Assembly: GCF_033153115.1 (NCBI RefSeq)
Contig: NW_026889797.1
Coordinates: forward strand, 868,001 to 932,000
Direction: 5' to 3'
Origin: Saccostrea echinata
Lineage: Eukaryota
DNA: 64,000 bases
Shown here: in pieces, positions 61,580-64,000 of the stretch
Layout: every line of letters begins with the position of its first letter
Numbering within the stretch: the stretch's first letter is position 1
The notes under the pieces: model-generated
Database searches by the model: none
Seen by the model: the letters and a program-made list of their open reading frames with translations, nothing else
What the model was told of the DNA's origin: nothing
Translations under genes and position numbers: made by a program

Positions 61580-62400
61580 CATTCAAATGGAGTTCTGGTT
61601 TATCTACAGGAGCTTGGCAGTTTCAGCGGTCTGCACTTCTCCCGTACACCATGTTATAATCCAGTTACATCACAAAAACTGATTTCCGATACCAATGAGT
61701 TAAACCTCATTATGTTCTCCAAATGGGGCCACTCTATTTCTTGACTCTTCGCAAAATCCAAGATCTTTGGGTTTCGGGTAGACGATATCTTAAAGCATTT
61801 TTTTTTTAAATCTTAACATGAAACTATAGTGTGTAAAGGTACAACTACTCATGGGTCAGATTCAATTCTTCGAACTAGTCGTTTTCTCAATATAGAACTT
61901 GCAATTCATCCTGATAATTGCAACCGCCAAAACAAGAAACAGTTTATGATTGGAATGCATGCATTTTAAGTGGCATATTATGACGGGACAGCAGTACAAA
62001 CAGTATATATGATTCAACTTCAGCGTCATACACTTTGCAGCATAGCTGGTGGATTTGTTTTAATCAAAAAACTTTAGAGACCAACTCCATTGATCAGCTT
62101 CAAACAATCGTGGGCCAGTTTTCAGTCGCAATCTCGGCTCCACAGTACCCTGCATTACAGTGGCTGGAATGGAAGACTTTCGTAAACCTCTAAGGGGAAG
62201 ACAAAAGTACCACTGATTTCAAAGTACAGAGCTTGGTATTGTGTCTGCAGAAGAATGAGTTTCATTAGCAGAAGTGAGGATCAGCACATTAAAAGACGAG
62301 AAATTGTAACCAGGATAGGCCAGTTATTTCATAACCCATTGGTCTCATTGACTCTCGCAAGCATTTACCTGGTCATAAGTTTCCCATCGGGCCTGTCAAT
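61580..62400 (+). mobile_element. Heavily decayed DDE transposase remnant (Sola-like)
   Basis: Broken frames give IHPDNCNRQNKKQFMI and RHTLCSIAGGFVLIKK, resembling the DNCxGQNKN / GHT...D..FG motifs. Confidence 0.5.
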
Positions 62401-63212
62401 CGCTTGAATAACGTACATGTAATGACGCAGCTCTGTTTTGTATTTAGTTTCCTATTTCTTTGTCATCATAATTATTTTCTTTGTCGTTTTCAACAATATT
62501 TATTGGAAGCAAGAGGTTTGGTTTACCTTTATGAAATTAAGTTGATATACATAAACATGTATTTATTGTAGTCATTCACTGTGCAACATGTACAGATTCA
62601 CACACTAATGATTTAATAAATGTCCTTAGTGATATTTTTATTCAAAATGTGTAAGGATAAAGTTAGGTTAACATTCTATTTCATCATCAAATTAATCTTA
62701 GTCTCTGTTTCTAAGACGCCATTTTTAAAAATAATAAAAAAAAGATGACGTTATTGAATAACGCCAATGACGTTATTGTTTCAATAGAACATGTTGTTTT
62801 CAAACACATATATTTTTAAAACTATTGCAAATTAAATCCTCAAATTTTGACTATGTGTCAAAAATGGGCATTATATTTCTATGCTAAGCAATAAAATTAA
62901 CATTCTTTTTTTTTCAAAGCTAGTTTCTGAATAGGTAATGTGATACATGTACATATGTGCAACATAAGCCCAAAACTAACAATTGTCAATTATTCACTTC
63001 AACAGAAGCATTTCAATAATGTTCCAAATAGAATAACAATGGAATTTTAAAAAATGCAAAAAAGTAAAAAATTTAAAAATACCCCAAGGGCTTTTACTCA
63101 AATATATTTAAAAGTAAGACAATTGCAACAATTATATCAGATTCTTCCTGGTATTTCCAAAATCAATCAGGATTTGTAAATTCTGATTTTAATTTTCATT
63201 TCCTGAATTATG

Positions 63213-63375
63213 TTATCCATCTTTCTGCTGCATTGCATCATAATGAGAAGATTCTCCTAGCTTTTGAAGTTCCTGATATTCACCAGGGATATTTTCATAA
63301 ATATTATTTGCCTCACATTGTACAGGAGTACAGAATTCTTTCGTGATTGGTGGTACCTTTGTTTCCCTTCTTTTC
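63213..63375 (-). CDS. Gene C: last (cytoplasmic) exon of a third paralog; the rest lies beyond the window
   Basis: ttttcacag acceptor; KRRETKVPPITKEFCTPVQCEANNIYENIPGEYQELQKLGESSHYDAMQQKDG*; aligns with the gene A tail; absent from the ORF track. Confidence 0.85.
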
Positions 63376-64000
63376 CTGTGAAAATATAAGTATAAAATGT
63401 AACTGATGATTAATTTCTTTCCTCTTACTATACCACAACTATAATTTAAGCATTTTATTTAAATCAAATTATTCGATAACTTTACATACCACTTCAGACA
63501 GATTATAATGATGAAAACTGTATTAACTGTAACGGAAACGAAGACAGCACCGAGCGTGCTATAAAATCTAAACCTCCAGACTGTTCCTTCCTCTGTGCTT
63601 ACTACAATGAAAAAAATTATATTACTTGCTTAAAATGTACTTTATGAAGTACTGTAAATTCACTCATTTTCTGGGGTCAAATTTTCTTGGTTTGAGGAAA
63701 AAATGGTTCGTTATGCTTTGGTTTTGTGTTTATAGAAATGTTGTGTTGTTACCTGTCAATGGTATCCTATGCAAGGATGACGAACCTTTTTATTTCAAAA
63801 TTTCGGATCTCTGTTTAATGTACTGTATATGATATGAAAAAAAAAAAATCCTTATTGTTTCTTCCTCATTTGTTCTCTCTTTCATTGTGCCCTGGATAGG
63901 AACGAACTCTTTTGTTTACAAAATAAGAAAATGTTGATTGTTCCTTTGAAGTTTAAAAATCTAGGGTGAAGTTCTATTACATTGATGTAAAGAAATACTG

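Overview
AT-rich, intron-containing animal DNA, most likely an oyster (Ostreidae). That is inferred from Cg170/HindIII-like satellite units in Helentron-type elements and from bivalve-type SINE and Penelope-like relics. There are three assembly gaps (6049-6190, 48362-48526, 53715-53852). The window holds part of a cluster of single-pass receptor genes: signal peptide, F-type-lectin-like (FTP/F5-8) domain, EGF-like repeats, TM helix and a tyrosine-motif tail (MEGF10/Draper/SREC-like). Gene A (minus strand, 945-18198, 10 exons, about 504 aa) reads as intact. Gene B (plus strand, 22649-52586, 12 exons) carries three separate lesions. Only the last exon of gene C (minus strand, 63213-63375) is in the window. 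Two introns of gene B are each inflated by about 10 kb of nested transposons. One is a Foldback/MULE-like element (9-bp TSD) with a ~180-bp satellite array inside its inverted repeats. The other is a TA-targeting TIR element containing a young, full-length Ngaro-type tyrosine-recombinase retrotransposon (40999-47364: gag, RT/RNase H, YR, SGNH hydrolase, split direct repeats). The best leads are a phase-matched splice route fusing the Gag N-terminus to the AUG-less SGNH hydrolase, a possible spliced short RNA from the A2-B2 end, and divergent ITAM/ITIM-like tails among the receptor paralogs. All calls were made by eye; no database search was run.
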